From the NCBI GenBank assembly GCA_038228235.1, contig JBBRPK010000001.1, positions 613 through 64,612 of the forward strand: a DNA stretch of 64,000 nucleotides, given 5' to 3'. Each line of letters begins with the position of its first letter. Within the stretch, counting starts at the first letter, position 1. This DNA comes from Verrucomicrobiota bacterium (GTDB lineage: Bacteria > Verrucomicrobiota > Verrucomicrobiia > Limisphaerales > JBBRPK01). The notes beneath the pieces were generated by a model, which was not told the DNA's origin, ran no database searches, and worked only from the letters and a program-made list of their open reading frames with translations. This document shows, one piece after another, positions 28,035 to 36,217 of this stretch. The position numbers were made by a program, and so were the translations under genes.

Positions 28035-28496
28035 TTACTTGATTTGCAATAAAAGAAACAAGCTGCCAACGGCCGCCAATCCAATGAGGGCCGCAGCGAT
28101 GGCTAAACCTGTGTCCAAACCACTGACGCGTCTGGCTTGGGTGACGTGACTAGCAGGAGCGGGCCTGATGGCTGGGGCTGGCGCAGCCGCAGGCCGCGAC
28201 ACTGCTGCCCCGGATGTCCCGGTAGGAGGTCGTGGGGGCGGCGGGGCTACGCTGGAGGCTGCGGTTACCGGAGCGCGGGGTGCAACGGGAGCTCCGGTCG
28301 CTGGCGGAGGCGCAACCACTCCGGCGGAGCTTGCAGTTCCGGGCCCGCCAGGCGGCAGGGTCGGCAACTTGATGGTCGCCGTCGGCTTGGGTGGCAGACT
28401 TATGCGAACCGTTTCCTTCTTCGGTTGTACTTTGGCGCCTTCCGGCGGTTTTGGAGGCACGCCTCCAACGGGCGGATTGGGATTATTGTCAGCCAT
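28035..28496 (-). CDS. Pro/Ala-rich tail-anchored hypothetical protein
   Basis: 153 aa of low-complexity P/A/G-rich sequence ending in a single TM helix, LAIAAALIGLAAVGSLFLLLQIK. Confidence 0.45.
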   Translation of the reverse strand: MADNNPNPPVGGVPPKPPEGAKVQPKKETVRISLPPKPTATIKLPTLPPGGPGTASSAGVVAPPPATGAPVAPRAPVTAASSVAPPPPRPPTGTSGAAVSRPAAAPAPAIRPAPASHVTQARRVSGLDTGLAIAAALIGLAAVGSLFLLLQIK

Positions 28497-28654
28497 AAAT
28501 TTTAATCACTGCCTTGAAGCTAGGTTGATGGCGTGGCGGTGTCAAACTCTTATTCGCTCCCAAGTTGTTCAATTTGCCTAAGTGCAGGCCACCGGCATTT
28601 TCTTTTTGTCCGATGGGGGGTGGAACGCGTATAGTATCTGCAAGAGCATCCAAT

Positions 28655-31600
28655 ATGCAATTGCTTCGCCTTAATTCAATCTCGCCGCGACAGATGAAAA
28701 TCGCGGGATGGATCGCTGCGGGAATGCTTTTTTACACCTTGTTCGGGTTTTTGATTTTGCCCGCGATCGTTCGGATGGTGGCGGTGAAGCAGTTATCAAA
28801 GCAACTGAATCGAACGGTCACGATTCAGAAAGTGCAATTGAACCCCTACACTCTCACGGCCACGATTCGTGGTTTGGTGATCCAGGAGAAAGAGGGTGGA
28901 CAGTTGCTTTCTTGGGATGAAGTCTATGCCAATTTTCAATTGGCTTCTCTCTTTCGCAAAGCCTGGGTCTTCAAAGAAGTCCGCCTCTCCCAGCCATTTG
29001 TCCGCGTCCAGGTGAACAAGGATTACACATTGAACTTCTCGGACATTGTGGAAAAGTTCTCCAGAGACGCAGCCTCCAAGGCCAAGGCTTCGGGCCAGAA
29101 CCGCGCCCTGAGGATCAATCGGCTGCGCCTGGTGGGCGCGAGAGCATCCTTGACTGATCTGACTTCGCGCGTGCCGTTTCATCGAACCATTGGCCCCCTC
29201 GAAATGACCATGACCGATTTCAGGACCGACTCCGATAATAAAAACTCCTATGCCTTCTCCGGTGTGACTGATGGCGGAGAACAATTCTCCTGGAAGGGCT
29301 TTTTTTATTTAGATCCACTCCGCTCCGAAGGAGAGTTTTCACTCGACGGGTTGTCGCTGACCAAATATGGCCCGCTTTATCAGGATGTCTTGCGGTTCGA
29401 AATCAAGGACGGGATGGTCAACCTCCATGCGACCTATGGTTATGAATTGAGCGCCGCGACCAATCTGCTGACGCTGACAAATGCCAGTTTCGCGCTCCGG
29501 TCTTTCAAAGTCATGGAAAAGGGAATCGATGAGCCTTTGGCCGAGATTTCCAGTTTTGGAGTCAGCGGCGCCAGCGTGGACGTGATGGCCCGCAGGGCGG
29601 AGATAGAGTCAATGACGTTGACGGATGGACGGTTCGCCCTGCGCCGCGACAAGAACGCCGCCATCAATGTCATCGAGTTATCTAAACCCGCCGACGCGTC
29701 CCCGAACGCCCCGGGGGGAATTCTGCTTCTGCTGCGGGCGATGACGAACGTGGTAGCAATGTTGCTGAACACGACCAACCTCTCCACTGGTTCTATCGGC
29801 GAACTCAACGCCACGAATTGCTCTCTCCGCATCGAAGACTTGGTGAACTCGCAGCCCGTTCGGATGGGCATCCAGGAAATATCGGTAAACGCGAAGAACA
29901 TCTCGAATCGCAGTGGGACGAACATGACGGCCAAAATCTCGATGCGCTGGGAGACCAACGGCGCCATTCGGGCTGATATTAAAGCGGGCCTGTCCCCCCC
30001 GACCGCAGAAGTTAAGCTGGTGCTGGAGAAATTGAACCTGCGACCGCTTGGACCTTACCTCGAGCGCTACCTGGACATTTTCTTTCTGGGGAGCAAGTTA
30101 GGTCTGGCCGGCACGGTCGTGTTGCGCAGCCCGGATAAGGACAAGCTGCCCGAAGTGCGTTTCAATGGTGAATTGTCGCTCGATGAGTTTTCCACCGCCG
30201 AGGGAGTCCCCACCGACGACTTGCTCAAATGGAAGGCGTTGCGCATTTCCGGGCTGGAAGCGAACCTCAATCCGCCGGTAGTGTCGGCGATTGAACTCAG
30301 ACTGGAGGACCTATCCGCGCGGTTAATTATCGAGACCAACCAAACCGTAAACCTGCTGAGCGCGTTGCGACGGGGGGGCACGAAGGCGCCTGCGCCATCC
30401 CCGACGCTGACGAATTTGGGCATTGCCACGGTTACGGAGCACCCCAAGCTTTCCATTGGGTCGGTAGTCCTCACCAACGCGAGCGTCCAGTTCACGGACC
30501 GTTCTTTACAACCAGACGTTAGCTTGACGTTCCACCAGCTCAGCGGGGCTATTTCCGGGGTTTCCTCCGACCAACTCCGGCCAGCGGACGTTCGCTTTGA
30601 AGGCACTATCGATACCACGGCCCGGGCCGAAATTACTGGAAAAATGAACCCCTGGAACCCAAGGCAATTCACGGACTTGAAAGTAACGCTTAAGAGCGTA
30701 AATCTAATTCCTGCAAATCCTTACTCTGGGAAATTCCTGGGCTACCATTTGAGAAAAGGCAACCTCAGCATGGATGCCAGCTATCACATTGCTGAAGGGA
30801 CACTGGAGTCCAGGAATCGTATCACCCTCGAGCAATTTACGCTAGGTGAGAAGGTGGCCAGTGCCGAGGCCACCACGCTGCCGGTTCGCCTCGGCATATC
30901 CATTCTCAAAGATCGGAACGGCCGGATTGATCTGGAGGTCCCTATCAACGGCAGCCTGGACGACCCGCGGTTTCATCTTGGCAACGTAATCTCCCGCGCG
31001 CTGGGAAATGTCTTCACCAAAATCGTCTCATCTCCCTTCGCGGCGCTGGGCGCCCTTTTCGGGGGCAAAGGTGAAGAATTGAGCTTTCAGGAATTTCAAG
31101 CGGGAGCCACGAATCTCGCGGAAATTGAAAAGTTGGACACGCTGGTGAAAGGCCTCTACGAACGTCCGGAATTGCAACTGGAGATAGAGGGCAACGCTGA
31201 CGCCGAGACAGACGGTGATGCTCTGCGTCGCGAGAAGTTAAGAAAGCAATTTCAGATGCAAAAATGGAAATCCCTGCTCAAAGCTGAACAGTCGCGCCGC
31301 CGGCCTGATCAAGTCGAATTAACACAGCCAGAATATGATGAATTTCTGAGAGGGGCTTACGCTCAGGCCTCCCCGCCAAAAATCCTCGTCGAACAGCCCA
31401 CCCAGCATGAGAGTCCGGCTCCGACTCACTCGACGCCGCGAGTCACTCAGCCCACGGCTCGGTCGATAGCCTTGCCCCTCGAGAAAGGCGCCACGGCCCT
31501 GATGAGGAAAGTCGCGCCCCTCAGCTCAGAGCCTTCATGGCAGTTGGACATGGAAAGGGCGGTCGCGACGATCACCCCATTGGAGCTCTCGACACTGGCA

Positions 31601-31732
31601 ACTACGCGCGCCCAGAATGTCAAAGATTACATCCTTCAAACCGGAAAGGTTGAAGGGTCAAGAATCTCCGCGGCGGAAGTAAAACCCGGGGCCGCTTCCA
31701 AAGGCAGCCGAGTGTATCTGCGGCTGCAGTAG
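28655..31732 (+). CDS. DUF748-like (AsmA-like) large envelope protein
   Basis: About 1025 aa from ATG 28655. N-terminal TM WIAAGMLFYTLFGFLILPAIV, then VAVKQLSKQLNRTVTIQKVQLNPYTLTATIRGLVIQEKEG as in DUF748 proteins. The rest is a long, mostly beta-rich body. Confidence 0.55.
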   Translation: MQLLRLNSISPRQMKIAGWIAAGMLFYTLFGFLILPAIVRMVAVKQLSKQLNRTVTIQKVQLNPYTLTATIRGLVIQEKEGGQLLSWDEVYANFQLASLFRKAWVFKEVRLSQPFVRVQVNKDYTLNFSDIVEKFSRDAASKAKASGQNRALRINRLRLVGARASLTDLTSRVPFHRTIGPLEMTMTDFRTDSDNKNSYAFSGVTDGGEQFSWKGFFYLDPLRSEGEFSLDGLSLTKYGPLYQDVLRFEIKDGMVNLHATYGYELSAATNLLTLTNASFALRSFKVMEKGIDEPLAEISSFGVSGASVDVMARRAEIESMTLTDGRFALRRDKNAAINVIELSKPADASPNAPGGILLLLRAMTNVVAMLLNTTNLSTGSIGELNATNCSLRIEDLVNSQPVRMGIQEISVNAKNISNRSGTNMTAKISMRWETNGAIRADIKAGLSPPTAEVKLVLEKLNLRPLGPYLERYLDIFFLGSKLGLAGTVVLRSPDKDKLPEVRFNGELSLDEFSTAEGVPTDDLLKWKALRISGLEANLNPPVVSAIELRLEDLSARLIIETNQTVNLLSALRRGGTKAPAPSPTLTNLGIATVTEHPKLSIGSVVLTNASVQFTDRSLQPDVSLTFHQLSGAISGVSSDQLRPADVRFEGTIDTTARAEITGKMNPWNPRQFTDLKVTLKSVNLIPANPYSGKFLGYHLRKGNLSMDASYHIAEGTLESRNRITLEQFTLGEKVASAEATTLPVRLGISILKDRNGRIDLEVPINGSLDDPRFHLGNVISRALGNVFTKIVSSPFAALGALFGGKGEELSFQEFQAGATNLAEIEKLDTLVKGLYERPELQLEIEGNADAETDGDALRREKLRKQFQMQKWKSLLKAEQSRRRPDQVELTQPEYDEFLRGAYAQASPPKILVEQPTQHESPAPTHSTPRVTQPTARSIALPLEKGATALMRKVAPLSSEPSWQLDMERAVATITPLELSTLATTRAQNVKDYILQTGKVEGSRISAAEVKPGAASKGSRVYLRLQ

Positions 31733-31829
31733 CGGAATGCCGCGGGAGGTCACTCTCCTTGCAACATCCAGATTTTGCGCCGGGGCAGGGCCGCCCTGCT
31801 GTTGTTAAGGGAGTTTCCGTCGCGACGCC

Positions 31830-31898
31830 CGGACATCCTAAAGGGTGGACCCCATACAGGCGCCACTCGCGTTGGGTGTCCACCCTTCGGGGTGTCCG
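31830..31898. repeat. 21-bp imperfect inverted repeat (18/21) around AAGGGTGGAC / GTCCACCCTT
   Basis: Left arm CGGACATCCTAAAGGGTGGAC (31830-31850); right arm GTCCACCCTTCGGGGTGTCCG (31878-31898); 27-nt spacer. Confidence 0.85.
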
Positions 31899-32086
31899 CT
31901 AACTCCACGGCAGTGGGGCAGAGCTGGGGGCCAACCCGGGCTTCGGTCGAAAGCGTAAGGAGACTCGCGCAGACTGATTAACCGCGCATCTCCTGGCCGT
32001 CGGGTTAGTGGTGGCCATCTTGACTCCGTTTTTTGACGAGGCCAAAACAAATTGAGAATTGGAACCCTATGTGCGAGAGTAATGTG

Positions 32087-32791
32087 ATGAAAATCGGGAA
32101 TCTGATTCTACTTGGTTTGTTAGGTCTTTGGAGGACCGATTGCGGTTTCACTCAACCCTCGTCCGGCGACACCACCCGTTTTTATTCACTCGTCAGCGGG
32201 AGCGGACTGACCGACGATTGCCGCTGCGGCCGTCCCGCAATTTTTGCTCCCATGACTGGCAGCTTTTCTTTACACTGGGTGTACCAAGGGCCGCTTTTTA
32301 CACGATACCAGCTTGAAAACATCTCCTTCCATGCCAGCGCCGCAGGGCGAGAATATCAGGTGGCAGGTAGCGGGAAATATGAAGTGGGCGGCGAGGTGGC
32401 AGTGACGCAAGACATGTTCCTCGACGTCGATATCAACAATGGTTCCATGATTACCAGGGCCTTGTGTGTCAATGCAGATCGAAGCGTGCAAGAGCTTTGG
32501 CCAAAAATTCAAATCAGCGTGGACCAGACCAATGGAACAGTAACTCAAATTTATCGTTTAACTCTTATTGCGGTCCCTGCCTTGCAATTCCTCTCCATCC
32601 TGCCTGACTACAAAAACGGAGATGTGCGGCTTAATTGGGAAAGCAGCGGTGGCATGGCTCAACTCGAGCGGGCCACAACGGTGACAGGCCCATATTCTCC
32701 GCTGTCGCCCATTACCACGGATCTCTCTTTTACGGATGTGGGCGCCCTAACCAATCGCACCCAATCCTTTTATCGCCTCCGCCAGTACTGA
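32087..32791 (+). CDS. hypothetical secreted protein with C-terminal FYRL module
   Basis: Start at ATG 32087 (MKIGNLILLGLLGLW leader). No family recognised. The last 56 aa (DVRLNWESSGG.AQLE....GPYSPLSPITT...FTD......QSFYRLRQY) resemble the C-terminus of the 39005-41137 protein. Confidence 0.55.
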   Translation: MKIGNLILLGLLGLWRTDCGFTQPSSGDTTRFYSLVSGSGLTDDCRCGRPAIFAPMTGSFSLHWVYQGPLFTRYQLENISFHASAAGREYQVAGSGKYEVGGEVAVTQDMFLDVDINNGSMITRALCVNADRSVQELWPKIQISVDQTNGTVTQIYRLTLIAVPALQFLSILPDYKNGDVRLNWESSGGMAQLERATTVTGPYSPLSPITTDLSFTDVGALTNRTQSFYRLRQY

Positions 32792-32922
32792 GTCCCGGCC
32801 AACAAAATTACGCACTGAAGCGAACGCGCTGGAACCACGTCGGGTTGCAGGTTCTTCGCTGCCGTCGTTGTTCCCCTCGCATTTGGTGAGTGCATTCATC
32901 TCGCAATCGCCTAAAGTGAGAT

Positions 32923-34023
32923 GTGGATATGGTTAGCGCGAAGGTCATCCAGAATCGAATAAGGAAGGGCAGCCTCATCTTTGCTCTGTGGACTTTCATC
33001 GGGCTGGCTTTCTCCAGCCAAGTCTATCTTTATCGCGCGAACAGCAGCAGTCCGGTGACCTGGAAGTTTGCTTTGGAACATTCCCTGGCTGATTGGTATC
33101 TTTTCGCTCTCCTCTCGATTCCCGCTCTTTGGCTGGCGCGCCGGTTCCACTTCGACCGCTGCCACTGGCCTCGCCAGTTCGCCATTCACCTGCTGGCCAG
33201 CGCCGCTTTTTCAGTGGTCTGGATGGCTGCGCGCACGCTCCTCGAGGAGTGGCTTCAGCAATCCACCGAGAGCCATATTGCTTTCCGGGTCGCGTTCACC
33301 CATGCCCTGGCCGCGACCTTTTTTTTCAATTTTTTGATCTATTGGGCGATCGTCAGTGTCAGTCATTCCATCGAATATTATCGCAAATATCAGGAACGGG
33401 AGTTGCGGACAGCGGAATTGGAAGCGGGGCTGGCGCAGGCCAGGCTGCAAGCGCTGCAAATGCAGCTCAACCCGCATTTTCTTTTCAATACCCTCCATTC
33501 CATCTCCTCACTCATGCATAAAGATGTGGAAGCGGCGGATCGGATGATTTCCCGCTTCGGTGATCTCCTGCGCCTGGCCCTTGAAAACACTGACGCCCAT
33601 GAAGTGCCGCTCCGGCAGGAGTTGGACTTTTTGAAAAGCTATTTGGAAATCGAGCAGACGCGTTTTGGCGACCGGCTCTCCGTGCGCATGGACATCGCTC
33701 CAGAAACCCTCGATGCGCGCGTGCCGAATCTCGTTTTGCAGCCCCTGGTCGAAAATGCAATCCAACACGGCATCGAACCCCATGCCAGGCCTGGCCACAT
33801 CGAGCTGCGCGCGCGTCGCGAAAATGGAGAGCTCCTCCTGGAGGTGAGTGATAATGGGGACGGGTTGCCGGATAATGGTTCAACGATTGGAGGAATCGGA
33901 GTCTCCAACACGCGCGCCCGGCTCCAGCAGCTTTATGGCGATGCGCACCGTTTCGAGTTCAGCAACGGCGGACAAGGAGGCTTGCTGGTCAGCGTCGTTA
34001 TTCCTTTCCGGCAACTCACCTAG
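32923..34023 (+). CDS. LytS/YehU-type sensor histidine kinase
   Basis: 366 aa. 4-5 N-terminal TM helices, His_kinase motif LQMQLNPHFLFNTLHSISSLM, and HATPase blocks LVENAIQHG, DNGDGL, GIGVSNTRARL. Confidence 0.85.
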   Translation: MDMVSAKVIQNRIRKGSLIFALWTFIGLAFSSQVYLYRANSSSPVTWKFALEHSLADWYLFALLSIPALWLARRFHFDRCHWPRQFAIHLLASAAFSVVWMAARTLLEEWLQQSTESHIAFRVAFTHALAATFFFNFLIYWAIVSVSHSIEYYRKYQERELRTAELEAGLAQARLQALQMQLNPHFLFNTLHSISSLMHKDVEAADRMISRFGDLLRLALENTDAHEVPLRQELDFLKSYLEIEQTRFGDRLSVRMDIAPETLDARVPNLVLQPLVENAIQHGIEPHARPGHIELRARRENGELLLEVSDNGDGLPDNGSTIGGIGVSNTRARLQQLYGDAHRFEFSNGGQGGLLVSVVIPFRQLT

Positions 34024-34030
34024 TTTTTTT

Positions 34031-34426
34031 ATGCCAACCTCTTCTACCGTTCAATTAGTGATGGAGAGTTTTGGGGAGGATCCCTCGGCTGTCACACGCC
34101 TGATGGGCCTGGAGCCCACCGCGGTCGGCCTGAGCGACCAAACTGCTCCAGACCACTTTGGCGCGAGCACAAGTTGGGTTTTCGACATCGCCATGCCGGA
34201 AACCGAATCAATCGAAGGCCAGGCCTTGGCCCTGTTGCGCTTTTTAGAATCGCACGCCGAGGCCATACGGCAAACCGCCGCCCGTTTCCCCGCCAGCATT
34301 GCCATCGGCATCGACGACCAGGAACCAGCAAATTCCGGCGACCTCATCCTGGTGCCCTTGATTGTGGGGGACGTTTCTAAACTGGGTCTGGGCATTCGCA
34401 TACACTTTACGGTCCCGCAAAGTTGA
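34031..34426 (+). CDS. DUF4279-like protein
   Basis: 131 aa from ATG 34031, 8 nt after the HK stop. VQLVMESFGEDPSAVTRLMGLEPT......STSWVFD......IEGQALALLRFLESHAEAI follows the DUF4279 pattern as recalled from memory. Confidence 0.55.
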   Translation: MPTSSTVQLVMESFGEDPSAVTRLMGLEPTAVGLSDQTAPDHFGASTSWVFDIAMPETESIEGQALALLRFLESHAEAIRQTAARFPASIAIGIDDQEPANSGDLILVPLIVGDVSKLGLGIRIHFTVPQS

Positions 34427-34433
34427 AAATTGT

Positions 34434-35201
34434 GTGAAAATCCAGGCTTTAATCGTTGACGATGAACCGCTCGGGCGCGAGCGCTTGCGCAAGCTTCTCC
34501 AGGATGAACCCGACGTTGAAATCATAGGTGAGTGCGCCAATGGACGGGAAGCCGTCGCGACCATTGAGAAACAGTCGCCCGATTTGGTCTTCCTGGACGT
34601 CCAGATGCCCGAGCTGGATGGGTTCGGCGTGCTAAGAGAACTACAGGGCGAACGGATGCCCGCCGTCATTTTCGTGACCGCTCATGATAAATTTGCATTG
34701 CGGGCCTTTGAAGTCCATGCGGTTGACTACCTGTTGAAGCCGTTCGACCGGGAACGATTTCAAACTGCGCTCCGCCGTGCGCTCGACCACATCAAGCAGC
34801 ACCAGACCGGTGAACTCAGCCAGCGCTTGACCGCTTTGCTTGCCGAGGTAAAGCCGGCTCCCAAACATTTGGAGCGGCTGGCCATCAAGTCCAGCGGACG
34901 GGTGATCTTCTTGAAGACCGATGATATCGACTGGATCGAAGCCGATGATAATTACGTCAGTTTGCATGTCGGGGCGGAGGCCCATCTTCATCGCGAAACC
35001 ATGTCCGCCATCGCCGAACAGCTCTCTTCCAAGAAATTTCTGCGCATCAGCCGCTCGACCATCGTGAACGTGGAGCGGATTAAGGAGCTCCAGCCCCTCT
35101 TCCACGGAGAATATGTAGTGATCCTGCGCAACGGCGCCAAACTTACTCTGAGTCGTAATTACCGGGAAGCCCTCCGCCAACTCATGGGCAAATTGCCCTG
35201 A
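34434..35201 (+). CDS. LytR/AlgR-family response regulator (REC + LytTR)
   Basis: GTG 34434 lies 8 nt after the previous stop (track ORF starts at 34362). Receiver domain ALIVDDEP...DLVFLDVQMPELDG; LytTR domain IDWIEADDNYVSLHV...ISRSTIVNVERIKEL. Confidence 0.85.
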   Translation: MKIQALIVDDEPLGRERLRKLLQDEPDVEIIGECANGREAVATIEKQSPDLVFLDVQMPELDGFGVLRELQGERMPAVIFVTAHDKFALRAFEVHAVDYLLKPFDRERFQTALRRALDHIKQHQTGELSQRLTALLAEVKPAPKHLERLAIKSSGRVIFLKTDDIDWIEADDNYVSLHVGAEAHLHRETMSAIAEQLSSKKFLRISRSTIVNVERIKELQPLFHGEYVVILRNGAKLTLSRNYREALRQLMGKLP

Positions 35202-35528
35202 GCGTCGTTCAAGCATTCCGACACATCGAGGGAACCCCCCATAAGTCCAGACAACGTCAGATAACTGAAATCCTTTTCACGTCCCGCGGGCTAGCCCGAT
35301 GAAAAAGACGCACTCGGGGAGCGCATCGCCCGCGCATTTACCTCCGGCCAGAACCTCTACGTTTTCGATTTTTTCGATCTGAATCGGAGGGCAATTATTT
35401 TGCGGTGGTGAGCAGCTGCGAAGGATGGAGGTGAGGTGGTTCCTTTATTTCCCAGCTCCGCTCCAACGCTTTCACGCCCTGGGAAGTCGAGGTGAGGGTC
35501 TCTGCGAAAAAAGAAAAATCCTGAAAGG

Positions 35529-35563
35529 CTCGGTTTACCTCGGTTTACCTCGGTTTACCTCGG
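35529..35563. repeat. 10-bp tandem repeat CGGTTTACCT x3.5
   Basis: ct-CGGTTTACCT-CGGTTTACCT-CGGTTTACCT-cgg, read directly. Lies 330 bp downstream of the LytTR gene in non-coding DNA. Confidence 0.95.
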
Positions 35564-35838
35564 GACGCGGCCTTGGGGGGCTGTCACAAAAGCAAAAGCC
35601 CTGTCCTCCGTAGGCGCTAACCACAAGGGGTGGTGTACCTTGTCCTGGAACACCACAACGGTCCCCCGGGGTACCTCGGAGGGAGCGTTGGAGCGTCCGA
35701 GCGTTGACCCTCCTTCGCTGAAGCGTTGGAGGACGGGGCGTTTTTTGGCTGATCGATGGTTGCCTAGTTGGTTGCAGGTTTCGAGGGCCACCCGAGGCTA
35801 ATCGCCGCCGGCGATGTGGGCGATGGGGAATAATGGAC

Positions 35839-35858
35839 GGCCGGTTGCCGGCCTTTTG
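35839..35858 (+). terminator. orphan intrinsic-terminator-like hairpin in non-coding DNA
   Basis: GGCCGG-TTG-CCGGCC followed by TTTTG. The T tail is on the plus strand only (A-run precedes it on the minus strand). No credible plus-strand ORF ends here. Confidence 0.4.
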
Positions 35859-36166
35859 CGGCTCAAGCTGTGACGGAATTGGCGCGGCTTGAACTATAGC
35901 TTGCGACTGGAATGCGAATAGCTTGTCCACTGGGAACGCGAATTCCCACCCGTTCTCGGTGTGCATTGCGCTGAAGCGATCAGGATTTCATTCCTCAGAA
36001 AGGTCGGAGAACACCTGGATACTTGGATAAACGCAACCCCGCCATCCCCAAGCCTGGCAAAAACTGCTCCAGCGCTTGTAAAAGGAGAACAAAGCAACGT
36101 GTCGGAACTCCCTCACATCTCACTTGCCTCCGTTATCTCATGGCAATGGTTTCCGGGCTGGGATCA

Positions 36167-36190
36167 GAGCCGACTCACGCCGGCTGCTAC
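36167..36190. repeat. solo copy of the 24-nt hairpin repeat GAGCCGACTCACGCCGGCTGCTAC
   Basis: Matches 22816-22839 at 23 of 24 nt. Internal stem AGCCG/CGGCT. Confidence 0.85.
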
Positions 36191-36217
36191 AATTGCCACA
36201 AGAAGCCCCTATAGTTA

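Noticed and set aside
35425-35966. 62-aa plus-strand and 143-aa minus-strand ORFs in the 1-kb gap after the LytTR gene
   Set aside because: The products are Pro/Arg/Gly-rich low complexity. They run through the 10-bp tandem repeat (VYLGLPRFTS) and GC hairpins, with no domain signal.
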